A stretch of DNA of 64,000 nucleotides. Source: Eledone cirrhosa (Eukaryota). Under the pieces are notes generated by a model. It was not told the origin of the DNA and made no database searches. It saw nothing but the letters and a program-made list of their open reading frames with translations. The position numbers and the translations under genes are program-made. Of the stretch, positions 12,468 through 26,651 are shown one piece after another. Position 1 is the stretch's first letter. Each line of letters starts with the position of its first letter. The stretch is taken from NCBI GenBank assembly GCA_964016885.1, contig OZ024741.1:46934001-46998000 (forward strand), given 5' to 3'.

Positions 12468-14446
12468 GTCATCATCATCATCATCGTCAGGTTTAGCGTC
12501 CGTGTTCCACGCTTGCATGGGTTTGGACGGGGGTTTTCCCACTTGAGGCAAGAGTGGTTGTCTTGCTCGCATAGGACTGTCTGGCGGGTTTTCTACAGTT
12601 GGATGCCCTTCCTAACACCAACCACATTTACAGTGTGGGGCTGGGAGGTTTTTACCGTATTGCCTACACGGCCACATTACAGCGTGGACTGTCTGGCGGG
12701 TTTTCTACAGCTGGATGCCCTTCCTAACACCAACCACATTTACAGTGTGGGGCTGGGAGGTTTTTACCGTGTTGCCTACACGGCCACATTTACAGCGTGG
12801 ACTCTGTGTTTTTTGTCGTGACACCTACACGATCTCATTTGTTTCGGCCTGGATGTTGTGGGACCAACATAACTTTACATTGAAAGGGGCGGTGTGGGTG
12901 GGACGGGGGTGTGTTTTGATAGAGATGCCTACTGACTGTAGTAGGTTTTTACTTTGTATTTAGGTAAGGCGGGTCTTCTCTATTACTGAGTACCGCCAAA
13001 GGTCTCGGTCCAGTGACATTGTCTTGGAGAGGTGTAAGCGTGTGAGGTCAGAATTTATCAAATCGTCCCAGGTTTTTCTGGGTCTGCCTACTCCGTGGCT
13101 ACCGTCTATCTTTATTGCCCTGCACTTTGTTATACAGCTGTCGTCTTTCATGCGCATCACGTGACCGTACCAACGTAGCCTTCTCTCAAGTAAACAACAT
13201 CTGATCCCTCTTATTTCTAATTTTTTCCTTAGTTCGTTTATGCTTTGCCGTTCACGTATATTACTATTGCACATCCAGCGGAGCATGCAAGCTTCGTTCC
13301 TCTCTAGTCTGCGTATATCCTCTGCACACAATGCCCAGGTCTCACTGCCATGCAGCATTGCTGTTCGTATGCAGGCATCGTATAACCTGCCTTTCATTTT
13401 TAGGGAGAACCCTCTAGCGGCTAATAGTGGTATAAGCTCTCTGAACTTTTTCCATCCAGTTCTGACTCTAGCTACTGTACTTTCAGAGCACCCTCCCCCA
13501 CTGCTGATTTTGTCACCCAGATAACGGAAGCTGTCCACTATTTCTATAGAACCCTCTGCGCAGTTGAAGGAGCTAGTATTTTGTGGGCACTTGCTGCTAC
13601 TTATTGCACCAGAGCACCGGCCACATGTAAAATCTATGTTCTTAGTTAGCTTACCTGTGATCCCACTACATCTTTTATGCAGCCATACTTTGCATTTGGG
13701 ACATAAAATGGAGTTTCTACCTACGCCTTTCCTACACACTGAGCATGGCCATTTCCCAGATGGGACCGCCGCCTTATTTTCTTTCCTACAAACTAGAACT
13801 TTAGTCTTAGCCAGGTTAATTTTAAGGCCTTTTGATTCTAGGCCGTGCTTCCATGTTTGGAATTTCTTCTCTAGTTCGGTCATTGATTCAGCTATGAGCG
13901 TTAGATCATCTGCGTATAGGAGTTCCCATGGGCAGCCGGTCTTGAACTCCTCTGTTATAGCCTGAAGGGCAATAATAAATAGTAGGGGGCTAAGAACAGA
14001 GCCCTGATGGACACCAACTTTTACGCTAATCTCTTCACTATATTCGTTGTTAATTCTAACCTTACTGACTGTTTCTTTATACATGGCTTGTATAGCTCTC
14101 ACAAGCCATTCGTCAACACCTAGTTTTCTAAGAGACCACCAGATAATGGAACGGGGGACTCTGTCGAAGGCTTTCTCCAAGTCGACGAAAGCTAAGTATA
14201 GGGGTTTACTTTTAGCTAGGTACTTCTCCTGTAGTTGTCGTACAATGAAAAGAGCGTCTGTGGTACTTTTGCCTGACACAAACCCGAACTGCATTTCATC
14301 TACATCAATTCTCTCTCTGATTAGTTGCGCTATTACTTTTTCCGTGACCTTCATGACCTGGTCGATTAATTTAATGCCTCTATAGTTACTCCTATCTAGG
14401 GCATCTCCTTTTCCCTTATAGCAGTTAACGATGATGCTGCTACTCC
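12468..14446 (-). mobile_element. Second near-identical RTE copy (offset 2475 bp), shorter 5' end
   Basis: ORF 12960-14354 is almost identical to the 10485 copy, with the same 3' UTR. Confidence 0.95.
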
Positions 14447-14482
14447 ATATATATATATATATATATACATGTATATATATAT

Positions 14483-14522
<40 letters not shown>

Positions 14523-14529
14523 ATATATA

Positions 14530-14572
<43 letters not shown>

Positions 14573-14972
14573 TAAAATAACAGATTAAAGTTTAAGCAAA
14601 GAATCGCTGCTTTCACCCTTAACGGGATCTTCTGAACTAACAAAGTCAATCTGTAAACGCAGAAGTGGATAAAAAACGTTGCAACCGGAGGAAGACAGGA
14701 AGACGATACTTTGTTTCGTGGAAACGTTCCCTGGCAAAGAACGGGAAAAAACGAATATAATTGTTTCTACTTTAGGCACAAGGCCAGAACGAATATAATA
14801 TGTCATTAATAGGAGCGGTGAAAAACAATTACGCGCAAAGACAGAACCACGTTTATGGTATAAAAGAGGTCGTAGACTAATGTTCTCTTAGGTGGTTCAT
14901 AGAGACGTTCTCTGGCAATGAAAAAATAACGAAGATAATACGTCATATATCCATATATATACATGTATATAT

Positions 14973-15042
<70 letters not shown>

Positions 15043-15108
15043 ATATATATATATCCATATATATATATATATATATCCATATATATATATATATATATCC
15101 ATATATAT

Positions 15109-15152
<44 letters not shown>

Positions 15153-15188
15153 ATATATATATATCCATATATATATATATATATATAT

Positions 15189-15250
<62 letters not shown>

Positions 15251-15274
15251 ATATATATATATATATATATATAT

Positions 15275-15604
15275 ATCATCATTTTATGTCCACTTTTCCC
15301 TGCTTGCAAGGGTGGGACGGGAACTGATTCTGGCTTGATTTCTACAGCTGGATGCCCTTCCTAACACCAACCTCATTTACAGTGAGTGCTGGGTGCTTTT
15401 TTGCCGTGGCACCTGCACGACCACTTTGCAGTGGAATGATAGGGATCCCAGTCCCTATCATCTCATTTCTACAGCTGAGTAAACTGGAGCAATGTGAAAT
15501 AAAGTGTCTTGCTCAAGGAAACAACACATCACCCGGTCTGAGAATTGAACTCACAACCTTTCGATTGCAAGGCCAATGCTCTAACCACTAAGCCATGTGC
15601 CTCC
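15275..15604 (-). mobile_element. tRNA-derived SINE with RTE-type 3' tail
   Basis: Minus strand: A box TGGCTTAGTGG, B box GAGTTCAATTC, core CCTTGAGCAAGACACTT, then GTTGGTGTTAGGAAGGGCATCCAGCTGTAGAAA shared with the RTE 3' UTR, ending in ATGATGAT. Confidence 0.88.
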
Positions 15605-15624
15605 ATATATATATATATATATAT

Positions 15625-15832
<208 letters not shown>

Positions 15833-15885
15833 ATATATATATATATATCCATGTATATATATATATATATATATATATCCATATA

Positions 15886-16550
15886 TATCATCATCATCAT
15901 CATCATCATCACCGTTTTACGTCCGTTCTTCCACGCTAGCATGGGTTAGACGGGTTGTCCTGTTGTGGGCAGTGTCTGGTCGGCTGACCATGCCTTGCTC
16001 ATACAGGAACTGATCTGGCTTGATTTCTACAGCTGGATGCCCTTCCTAACACCAACCTCATTTACAGTGAGTGCTGGGAGCTTTTTCGTGGCGCCTACAC
16101 GTCCACTTTACAGTGTGGGCTGGGTGCTTTTTTGCCGTGGCACCTCCACGACCACCTTGCGGTGGGGGGAGTGGGGCCATATTGTTTATATGCTTCAGCA
16201 TGTACCCATGGGAGGTCAGGTACCCTGTATTACTGCGTGACGCCAGAAGTCACGGTCGTGTGTCATTGTCTTTGAGAGGTGTAGTTGGGTAAGGTCGGCT
16301 TTTATCACCTCATCCCAAGTCATCTTGGGTCTCCCCACTCCGCGGTTTCCATCAACTTCTAGTGCTCTGCACCTTTTTATGCAGCTGTCATCCTTCATAC
16401 GCATCACATGTCCATACCAGCGTAACCGCCTCTCCTGCACGCAGCATTTGATTCCTCTTATGCTCAGTCTCTCTCTCAATTCCTTTATGCTTTGTCGTTC
16501 ACGTATATTACTGTTACACATCCATCGGAGCATGCAGGCTTCGTTTCTCT
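15886..16550 (-). mobile_element. 3' fragment of a second RTE subfamily
   Basis: [30 protein letters not shown], related 3' UTR and (GAT)n tail. Confidence 0.9.
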
Positions 16551-16565
16551 GTATATATATACATG

Positions 16566-16601
<36 letters not shown>

Positions 16602-16715
16602 TATACATGTATATATATACATGTATATATATGGATATATATACATATATATATACATGTATATATATACATGTATATATATGGATATATATACATATAT
16701 ATATATACATGTGTA

Positions 16716-16747
<32 letters not shown>

Positions 16748-16774
16748 CATGTGTATATATATATATATATATAT

Positions 16775-16820
<46 letters not shown>

Positions 16821-16854
16821 ATATATATATATATATCCATATATATATATATAT

Positions 16855-16894
<40 letters not shown>

Positions 16895-17008
16895 ATATAT
16901 ATATACATGTATATATATATATACACATGTATATATATATATACACATGTATATATATATATACATGTATATATATATATACACATGTATATATATATAT
17001 ATATACAC

Positions 17009-17048
<40 letters not shown>

Positions 17049-17180
17049 GTATATATATATATATATATATCCATATATATACATGTATATATATACATGT
17101 ATATATATGCATGTATATATATATATATCCATATATATACATGTATATATATATATATCCATATATATACATGTATATAT

Positions 17181-17211
<31 letters not shown>

Positions 17212-17927
17212 GTATTAGTTATACTATTTATGGTTATGTAAACACAAAACCTTAAGCAGTTGTAAGTATTTTACACACACCCTAAATAGTGGTAGGCAGT
17301 AATGTATTACTACCTTATTACCAGTAAGTTAAGTAGCTCAATGTAAAAACATCAGATGATTTACAGAGCAGTTATATGAAATATATGAATCAAATTGAAC
17401 AGTTCTTTGATTCATATATTTCATATATATATATATATATATATCCATATATATATACATGTATATATATATATATATATACATACATATATATATACAT
17501 ATATATATATATACATATATATATACATATATATATACATATATATATATATACATATATATATACATATATATATACATGTATATATATATATACATAT
17601 ATATATACATATATATATACATGTATATATATACATATATATATACATGTATATATATATATATATACATGTATATATATATATATATACATGTATATAT
17701 ATATACATATATATGTACATGTATATATACATGTATATATATATATATATATATACATATATACATGTATATATATATATACATGTATATATATATACAT
17801 ATATATGTACATGTATATATACATGTATATATATACATGTATATATATATATATATATACATATATACATGTATATATATATATATACATATATACATGT
17901 ATATATATATACATGTATATATATATA
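16551..17927. repeat. Interrupted (TA)n arrays with an embedded minus-strand family B fragment (about 17208-17424)
   Basis: TA repeats with TACATG/TCCA variants. 17208-17424 is the reverse complement of about 9595-9810. Confidence 0.9.
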
Positions 17928-18515
17928 TCATAAAATGCGTATAGCCTGGTCTATTCGATTTTTTATATAGTTAATTATGCTAATTGGGAGAGGAAATAGT
18001 ATATATTTTATCTTGTGATTCTATAGACGGTTCCTTTTGGGTGGATACTTAACGAGAAAAATCCTAGGGTTTTGGACAAGTTTGTTTCAGGCACCTATTT
18101 TGTCACACCATGGTCATGAATTCGTATTCTTTTCCAATAGATATTTTCCGCTCTATAAGGCTCACCAGGATATAAGGCGTATCATTTAAAATCAGGTCCG
18201 CGCAACGGCGTGTAAGGCCAACCAGGAAAATGCTATCTTTACTTTTAGTCTAGATCTATTACTTCTGTTAGAGCCGTGATTGATTACCATTGTATTATTT
18301 ATACATAAGGCTGACCGGAGTATAAAGCGCAGAGCTGTTTTTTGATTAAATTTAATTATTTTAAGTGCAATTTATAGACCGGAAAATTCGGTAAGTTATT
18401 GTAATCATATTTCCAAACCTTCCCATTCACCAGTAACCATGCTAACGAATCTGGTGTCATCTCTCTCTGTATTTAATCACCTCTCTCTAACCTAATAGCT
18501 TTGTTACACGTCGTT

Positions 18516-21500
18516 ATGCCCACATGGAAACGTTCAAGACTTACCTCCAAAAAAGGTACAGCTATTGCTTTGAGACAACGAATTAGGCGTTCTCAGGTAT
18601 GAGTTCATTCACAATTGATTAATCCTTTATGCAATATTCTCCCTTAATGTTAGCAAGTACTGCGTTTATCCTAACTGTCACCACTTTTAAGCAACTACAA
18701 CATTCTAATCGTAGTTATATTAAATTTATTGTCTTACCTTGATTCCCTTTTGTTCATGTTAGACTTTTCTCATTTACTATTGACACTGCCATTGGCTTAG
18801 CTAACCAGTAGAATTAATTAATTTTCTCTAGGAAACACCTGCTGAGCGCGAATCTCGACTCGCTGATAGACGTCTTTCCCGGCTGGTTGAGTCACCAACA
18901 TCACGTACGACAAGGCTTGCTGATGTTCGCCTTCATCGCCAACAAGCGCTGGCGGAGGAATCACCAACATCCCGTCAAACGAGGCTTGCTGGGGTTCGCC
19001 TTCATCGTCAACAAGCACTTGCAGAGGAGTCCACGGCAGACAGAGACAACAGGCTTGCTGCTAAGCGTTCCCGGCATACGTTAACTACTACTACCAAGAG
19101 CTCAGGCTGGGTAAAAGCAGCCTTCAGATATAACCCCTCTGAGGATTACGGACTTCTGCCTACAATTTCCATCGGTAAAATGGATAATGTCTGTACATCC
19201 TGCAACGCAATGAAGTGGCCAGGCGAGGCGCCTTCTATGTGTTGTGCAGGAGGTAAGGTGCAACTAGGAGCATTGTCTGACCCGCCATACGTTCTTCTGA
19301 ATCTACTTACAGGTGACGACACTACGGCTACAACGTTCCGCCGTAATATGTGGAAATACAACTCCTGTTTCATGATGACCTCCTTTGGTGTAGACAATAA
19401 CACCAACAACAGCGTGAACCCCAACAACAACGTTTTCACTACATTCAGACTTCAAGGCCAATGCTACCATCTCATGGGTAGTCTTCGTCCGCATCCAAAT
19501 GAAGAGCCAAAGTTTCTGCAGGTTTTCTTTTTGGGTGGAGGTGAGGCCGATTTTGACCAACGCTGCAAGTTAAACGAGGGTGTAGATAGGCGAATAATAG
19601 CAGGTCTGCAGACAATGCTCCATGTGACTCATCCCTACGTTCACAATTTCAAGTTTGCCTTGGAACAAATTGAAACCACGCCGAACATCAAGGTGATTAT
19701 AAGGGCTGACAGGCGACCAGCTGGCGAGCATGCCCGTCGTTTCAATGCACCAAATACCAATGAGGTAGCAGTGATTTTGGTTGGCGAGGAGCACGGTAAA
19801 CGCGATATTGTCCTTCAGCACCGTGACAGTCGGCTGGTGTTTGTCACAGAGACACGTAGATCGTATGATTGCCTTCAGTATCCTCTTTTATTCCCCCACG
19901 GAGAGGACGGATACAATTTTGCTCTTCGTCATGTAAATTATTCCAATGGTAGTGAATCACGGAAATCCATTTCATGTATGGACTTTTATACCTACCGCTT
20001 TATGGTAAGGAGTGGAGATTTTAATCAGCTTCTTCGATTCAGGCAGCTGACGAATCAATACATTGTGGATATGCTTGCCAAAATCGAGGCAGAACATCTG
20101 CTTTTTATTCGACTCAACCAAAAGAAACTGTGTGCGGAGGAATACATCCATTTACAGGACGCCCTGATTCGTGATGGCTATGCCGGAAACGTCGGACAAC
20201 AAGTGATCCTTCCATCAAGTTTCACAGGATCCCCTCGGTATATGCACCAAAGAACTCAGGATGCAATGTCTTATATTCGTAAGTTTGGCAGGCCTGATCT
20301 TTTCATCACTCTCACATCATCGCAATCCAAAATGAGAGGAAATTCAAAACTACCTCTTCCGGGGCCAGGTGAGTAGTGACAGGCACGACCTCATAGCCAG
20401 AGTCTTCCAGCAGAAACTCAAGAAATTGATGTGGCTACTGAAAGACGGCAAAATATTTGGTGGTCTTAATGCATGGATGTATACCGTGGAGTGGCAGAAG
20501 CGGGGACTACCACATGCTCACATCCTTATATGGTGCAAGGACAGGGTACGGCCAACGGACATGGACAACATTATTTGCACAGAACTGCCCAATCCGCAAA
20601 CCGATGTGCAATTGTTCAACACCGTGAGCAAACAATTGATGCACGGACCCTGCGGCGCCCTTAACTTTAATTCACCTTGCATAGAGAATAACAAGTGCAT
20701 TAAAATGTTTGCACGACCTTTTACACGGGAAACACGCACAGGGATCGACGGCTATCCTATCTATAGACGACGCGCACCCGCGGATGGTGGGGCTAAAGCA
20801 AAAATAAAGCTGCACGGGCAGGAGATTGTCCTCGACAACAGGTGGGTGGTACCATATAACCCTCATCTTGCCAAGATTTTTAATGCTCACATCAATGTTG
20901 AGTCATGTACGTCGGTGAAGAGCATTAAGTACATATGCAAGTACATAAACAAGGGAGGGGATATGACTGTCATTGAACTCCAAGGTGGCAGGGCACAACC
21001 TGATGAAATACAACAATATCAAATCAGAAGGTACATTTCATCCAATCAGGCGATTTGGAGGATTTTTGGTTTTGACATTCATCAGCGTTCACCAACAGTC
21101 GTAAACTTGAATATTCACTTGGAGAATGGGCAAAGAGTGTACTATACTGACGAAACCGCCAGCCGCGTTGTGGCCAACCCACCTGCAACAAAATTAACGG
21201 CTTTCTTCCAATTGTGCCAAGAAGATCCGTTTGCTAAAACGCTTCATTATGCCGACGTCCCAACCTACTACACCTGGGCACATAATAAATGGACGAGGTG
21301 CCGACAGGGAGCACGCGTTCACGTGAACGGAGAAGACGTTTTTAAAAGCGATGCCATCGGCAGGGTGTACACAGTGCATCCAAATTACCATGAGTGCTTT
21401 TATTTACGTATGTTGCTGCACAGTGTTAGGGGTCCTACTTTTCACTGAGCTACGGCGCATCAATGGCAAACTCTGCACTACGTATAGGGAGGCATGTGCC

Positions 21501-23266
21501 AAACTTGGACTCTTGGAAGATGACGGTCAATGGGATCAGACTCTAGAGGAGGCTACTGCCTTCAAAGCACCAATTCAACTGGGCCAGCTGTTTTCGATCA
21601 TGCTGATGACATGCGGTTTGAGTGACCCCTTAAAACTTTGGGAGGCACACAAAAACAGCATGGCCGAAGACTTCCTCGCCGACTTCAGCGTCAGGACCCT
21701 ACGGCTGGGTTTGAATATAATTCTGCTATCTACAACGAGGCCTTACTCGACCTAGATAAACAAGTCCAAGCAATGGAAGGTCAGGGCGTCGCTACCTTCG
21801 ATTTGCCCCAACCACAGCAAGCATCCAGTTCATTCAACATCGAGTACATACGCGAGGTTAGCTACGACCAAGTGCATTTGGCAGTTTATGTACAGCTCAA
21901 CGAGCCTCGACTTTTGTCAGACCAGAGGACTGCCTACAACATGATAATCTCCAGTATTGACTGCAAAGCGGGAGGTATTTTTTTTCTTGATGCTCCGGTG
22001 GGAACAGGCAAAACCTTCATCATCAACTTGCTTCTGGCTAAAGTTAGGCAATGCAGACAAATTGCTTTAGGAGTGGCCTCCAGTGGCATAGCGGCAACCC
22101 TGATACATGGCGGTCGTACAGCCCATTCATTATTTAGGCTACCCTTAGATATATCCAAGAGGGAAACGCCCACCTGCAGTCGCGGCTCGACAAAAGGCAA
22201 AATTCTGAACGAGTGCAACCTCATCATTTGGGATGAAGCGCCAATGAGCCATAAAGGCGCCTTCGAGGCTCTCGACCGTACCCTTCAGGATCTTAGGCAT
22301 AATACATGGCTTATGGGTGGCGTGACAGTTTTGCTTGCTGGAGATTTTCGACAGACCCTTCCTATTATTTCGAAAGGAACAAGGGCAGACGAGGTGAACG
22401 CAAGCATCAAGTGTTCCTACTTGTGGCAGAATATAAAAACGATGCATCTTACAACTAACATGAGAGTCCATCTTAGTGGTGATGAAGAGACCGCGGTGTT
22501 CTCCAGGCAACTATTGGAAATAGGCAATGGCACTATAGTTGGCGAAAATGACGGTCCTATATGTCTTCCGTTTGGGCATGTTGTACCTAAAGCCGAAAAT
22601 CTCATGTCAACAGTGTTTCCTTACCTACCCAGAAATTACACTGATCCCGATTGGCTGAAGCAGCGCGCAATCTTAGCGCCGAAGAATTTCACTGTGGATG
22701 CATTAAATTTTAGACTCCTAGAACAACTCCCTGGTGATTCCATCAGTTACAAGTCCATAGACTCTGTTCCCAACACGGACAAGGCGGTGCATTACCCTGT
22801 TGAATTTCTAAACAGCCTTACACCACAAGGACTTCCCCAGCATAACTTGCTACTTAAAAGAGGCTCTCCAGTTATGCTGTTAAGAAACTTAGACCCTCCG
22901 AAACTTTGTAACGGAACGCGGCTGACCATTAAGACCATGATATCAAAAGTCTTAGAGGCTACTGTCTTAAATGGACCAGCCAGTGGTGAGGATGTCTTCA
23001 TACCCAGAATACTGCTCATTCCATCCGATATGCCCTTTCAGTTTCGACGACTGCAATTTCCATTGAAATTAAGCTTTGCAATGAGCATTAACAAGGCGCA
23101 AGGGCAGTCATTACAGGTGGTTGGCTTAGAACTTTCTGAACCTGTTTTTTCACATGGCCAGTTGTATGTTGGATGATCAAGGGTCGGGAGTCCACAACGC
23201 CTCTTCATCCATGCTCCTGAGGGCAAGACACAAAACGTCGTCTACCATGAGGCGTTAGAGAATTAA
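18516..23266 (+). pseudogene. Helitron RepHel gene 2, two exons (18516-18596 and 18832 onward), with frameshifts and a late stop
   Basis: CTSCNAMKWP..CCAGG, ILPSSFTGSPRYM, EWQKRGLPHAHIL, YICKYINKG, DAPVGTGKT, WDEAPM, GDFRQTLP, FSHGQLYVG*SRV. Confidence 0.95.
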
Positions 23267-24545
23267 CACATGGTTACCCTCACACGAGCGCTTTTTCACT
23301 GCGAAACGTCAAAGCTTATCCACCAAAGCTTATCCATTCTTCTAAGCTGCAGTACTTTCTGCTTTACAAAAACCTCATCTATCTCTAACATCTTCTACCC
23401 TGGGGCCAATTCACCATTCAGAGCCTTAAAGCATCCCTTCGCCGTTATCTATCAGCTTCATTGCGCATCACAATCCGGCAACCGAAAAACGCCATTCTTC
23501 TTGCCACCATTTATCGCGACTCCCGCCATGCAAAAAACGTCCAATTTATCAGGATTATCCATCGTAAATCTCTTTACATTAAAGCTCACCATATTCAGCA
23601 AACATTTTATGACAATTCTTCCATTTCTTATATATGGACTATCAAGACTATACCGCCGCGCATCATCCTGTATTGCGCCCAGTCTTCTCAAGCGATCATC
23701 GAGCCTCATTTTGGCTGAGAAGCATCCTGTGTAGCATCGCGTCTTCTAAAGCGATCAACATGCCATCCACTGTCCTCACAGTTGACTCACAACTCCTCAT
23801 CTATTCCCTGCGACGCTCCTAAACGTCATCAGCATGGCTTATTTTTCTGCCGCGTTTAACCGGCCCTCATTCTAGGTCATAAACAACTAAACCGCATGTC
23901 TATTTAAATTAATGGTCAAAATGTTCAGCAAAACAATTATACCAATTCTTCCCCTTCAACTCCAAGGCCTAGCCATTATATCTTATAGGTTGGGATTCGC
24001 AATTTCTACGATTTCAATATTGACACAACAATCCGTCAGGTTTTTCGGCACATTTTGCTCCGATAGGAATATCAACGCGATTTTCACTTAATTCGTAAGT
24101 GTTCAATCTTCCGGATGCTTTTATTTTTTTATACAACAGCGACTACAATCACCTAACTTTACTTTGTAGGGTAGACGCGAATCACAAGGGAAACAATCCT
24201 GTGATATACAACACCACCAAATTCTTTGGTCTACCTAGATTTCAATGGCTATATCCTTTGCTTTTTTACGGTTGTACATTTGACAATGTCGCAAAACATT
24301 ATTCCACTTGATTCTTACCTTTCAGCTATGAATTGGGCAGTGCCTTAAAATCCTGTTTTATTTGCATGCAATTTTTTTGTATCTTATGTATGGAGAATCG
24401 AAAACCCTTTTTCTCATAACCTGATACATGCGTTACACATGCTCCATGGATGTTTGTGGACTATTTTTTCAAGATACCAATATCACAGATTGGAGCACAA
24501 AAGGAAACGTTTGTTCTTCATTTATTTAAATCCAGCGCCTTATAA

Positions 24546-24570
24546 ACCCGTGTGTATCCGGGTACACTAG
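24546..24570 (+). other. Internal Helitron-type 3' terminus (hairpin plus CTAG)
   Basis: ACCCG-tgtgtatc-CGGGT-aca-CTAG followed by T. Confidence 0.6.
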
Positions 24571-25240
24571 TTAGAAAGAGAAATGGAAACATTGATTCCT
24601 CGGTCCGATTTGACGAAAGTAGATTTAGTTCCACAGCAAATTAACAAACCATACTTGAAGACACGTTGAGGCTGTTGCAAAGGGCAATAACCCTAGATAC
24701 AATTTTGATCAACTTTTTTTCACCTATAGCAAATTTACCGGGACAGGTTTTTAGCTACTCAAATCTACTTCAGAGATCACGCATTGATGTAAAAAAATCA
24801 ATAAAACTTAAGCGGGGCTCGATTGTGCGCAAAAAAACAAGGCAAAGTTACACATTGGAAAACTTTTTACAGGAACGTCCAATATTCTTGAAAACTGTCA
24901 CAAAAGACTCGCCATTATGCCATGTTTAAGATAAAGGCCCTTTTAATTCTTCTTCTGCACATGTGAGCGCAAGAATTGTAATAAAAAAAAAATCTGAATA
25001 AAAAAAATAAAATCGACATTTTCACCCTGCTTTAAATTAACTGAACATTCAATATCAAGCGATTTTGACTTCCGTCAGTCGTGCAGAGAACAATTTCAAC
25101 GATACACTGTGTAACTACAATTAATAAATTACACACCTGCGTCTACTAACCTATTTTTTTTCATTGAAGTTCGAAGTTTTGAACCTGTGATGCGCGGGAA
25201 GTAACTTTCACACATTCTAACAGACCAAAGCTCGACTTAC

Positions 25241-25269
25241 ACCCAGGCAACGCCGGGTATTTCTGCTAG
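25241..25269 (+). other. Helitron 3' terminus (hairpin plus CTAG)
   Basis: ACCC(A)GGC-aac-GCCGGGT-atttctg-CTAG followed by T and a (TA)n array. Confidence 0.88.
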
Positions 25270-25272
25270 TAC

Positions 25273-25303
<31 letters not shown>

Positions 25304-25306
25304 AAC

Positions 25307-25341
<35 letters not shown>

Positions 25342-25604
25342 CATATGTATATATACATATATACATACATATATATATACATATATATATATACATACAT
25401 ATATATATACATACATATATATATATATACATATATATATACATATATATATACATATATATATACATATATATACATACATATGTATATACATACATAT
25501 ATATATACATATATATATATACATACATATATATATACATACATATATATATACATACATATATATATATATATACATATATATATACATATATATATAC
25601 ATAC

Positions 25605-25685
<81 letters not shown>

Positions 25686-25927
25686 CTTAGTGCCTTCGTG
25701 GGCCCCTGATATATTCAAGAGATATATTCTAAAAAAATATATATCTTATCTCAATTTACTTTACTTCATTTTATTTTATTTTATTTCATTTCATGTTATC
25801 TAATTCTATTTATTTACTTACTTGACTCCATTTATTCATTTATTTATTTATTTATTTATTTATTTAAATTTAAATTTTAATTTAAAATTTAAAATTTTAA
25901 TTTTAATTTTATTTATTTATTTAATTT

Positions 25928-25975
<48 letters not shown>

Positions 25976-26593
25976 TTACATTTAATTACATTTAATTATA
26001 CATTTAATTATATCTTACATTATATTATTTTAATTTAGTCTATGTTATTTGATTTTAGTTTACCTTATTTTATCTTATTGTACGATTATATTATATTATG
26101 TTCTATGTATATAATTTTTAATTTTAATTTTATATTATTTTATATTATTTTATCTCATTCCTTACCCTGTATCACTATTATCTGTATATTTTATATTTTA
26201 TATGTAAGTTTGTTATGTATTTCTTTGTATTTCTTTATATTTTCTTATTTTTATATATATTATAAGTCTGTTTTTTCACCTATTTTTTACCTATTTTTTA
26301 CCTACTCTTACCTAATCCCATCTATCTTATCTACTCTTGTCTGTTCTCTTATCCATGTGTCTACTCTTGTCTGTTCTCTTATCCATGTGTATGCTTGTAT
26401 GTAACTATATGTTGACAGCACCCCGCCCAACTGTGACTGATAGCACCTCTTATTTTTCATCCCTTATTTTTCATTGCTTAGTATTCTTATCTTTATTTTT
26501 ACTTTTACTTCCTTAATATCCTTTATCGTCTATTATTACCTTTCATTCTTCAATGTCTTGGATTTGTTATTGCTTGTATGGTATGTAATTAAC

Positions 26594-26651
26594 CTTTATG
26601 CTCTGATGAGTCCCACTTATAGTGCGGATGAAACAATGTTAGCAAGTAAAG
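26594..26651 (+). ncRNA. Minimal type I hammerhead ribozyme, family A 5' repeat
   Basis: CTTTA-TGCT-CTGATGA-GTCC..GGAT-GAAA-CAATG-TT-AGCA-ag-TAAAG. Confidence 0.85.

Noticed and set aside
14600-14650. HHR-like string on the minus strand (CAGAAGA-TCCC gttaa GGGT-GAAA-GCAGC)
   Set aside because: Core is mutated, no NUH triplet and no clear stem I; at best a dead relic.
17927-18051. 5' TC terminus of Helitron 2
   Set aside because: Segment matches a separate repeat at 9852-9988; the true 5' end cannot be placed.
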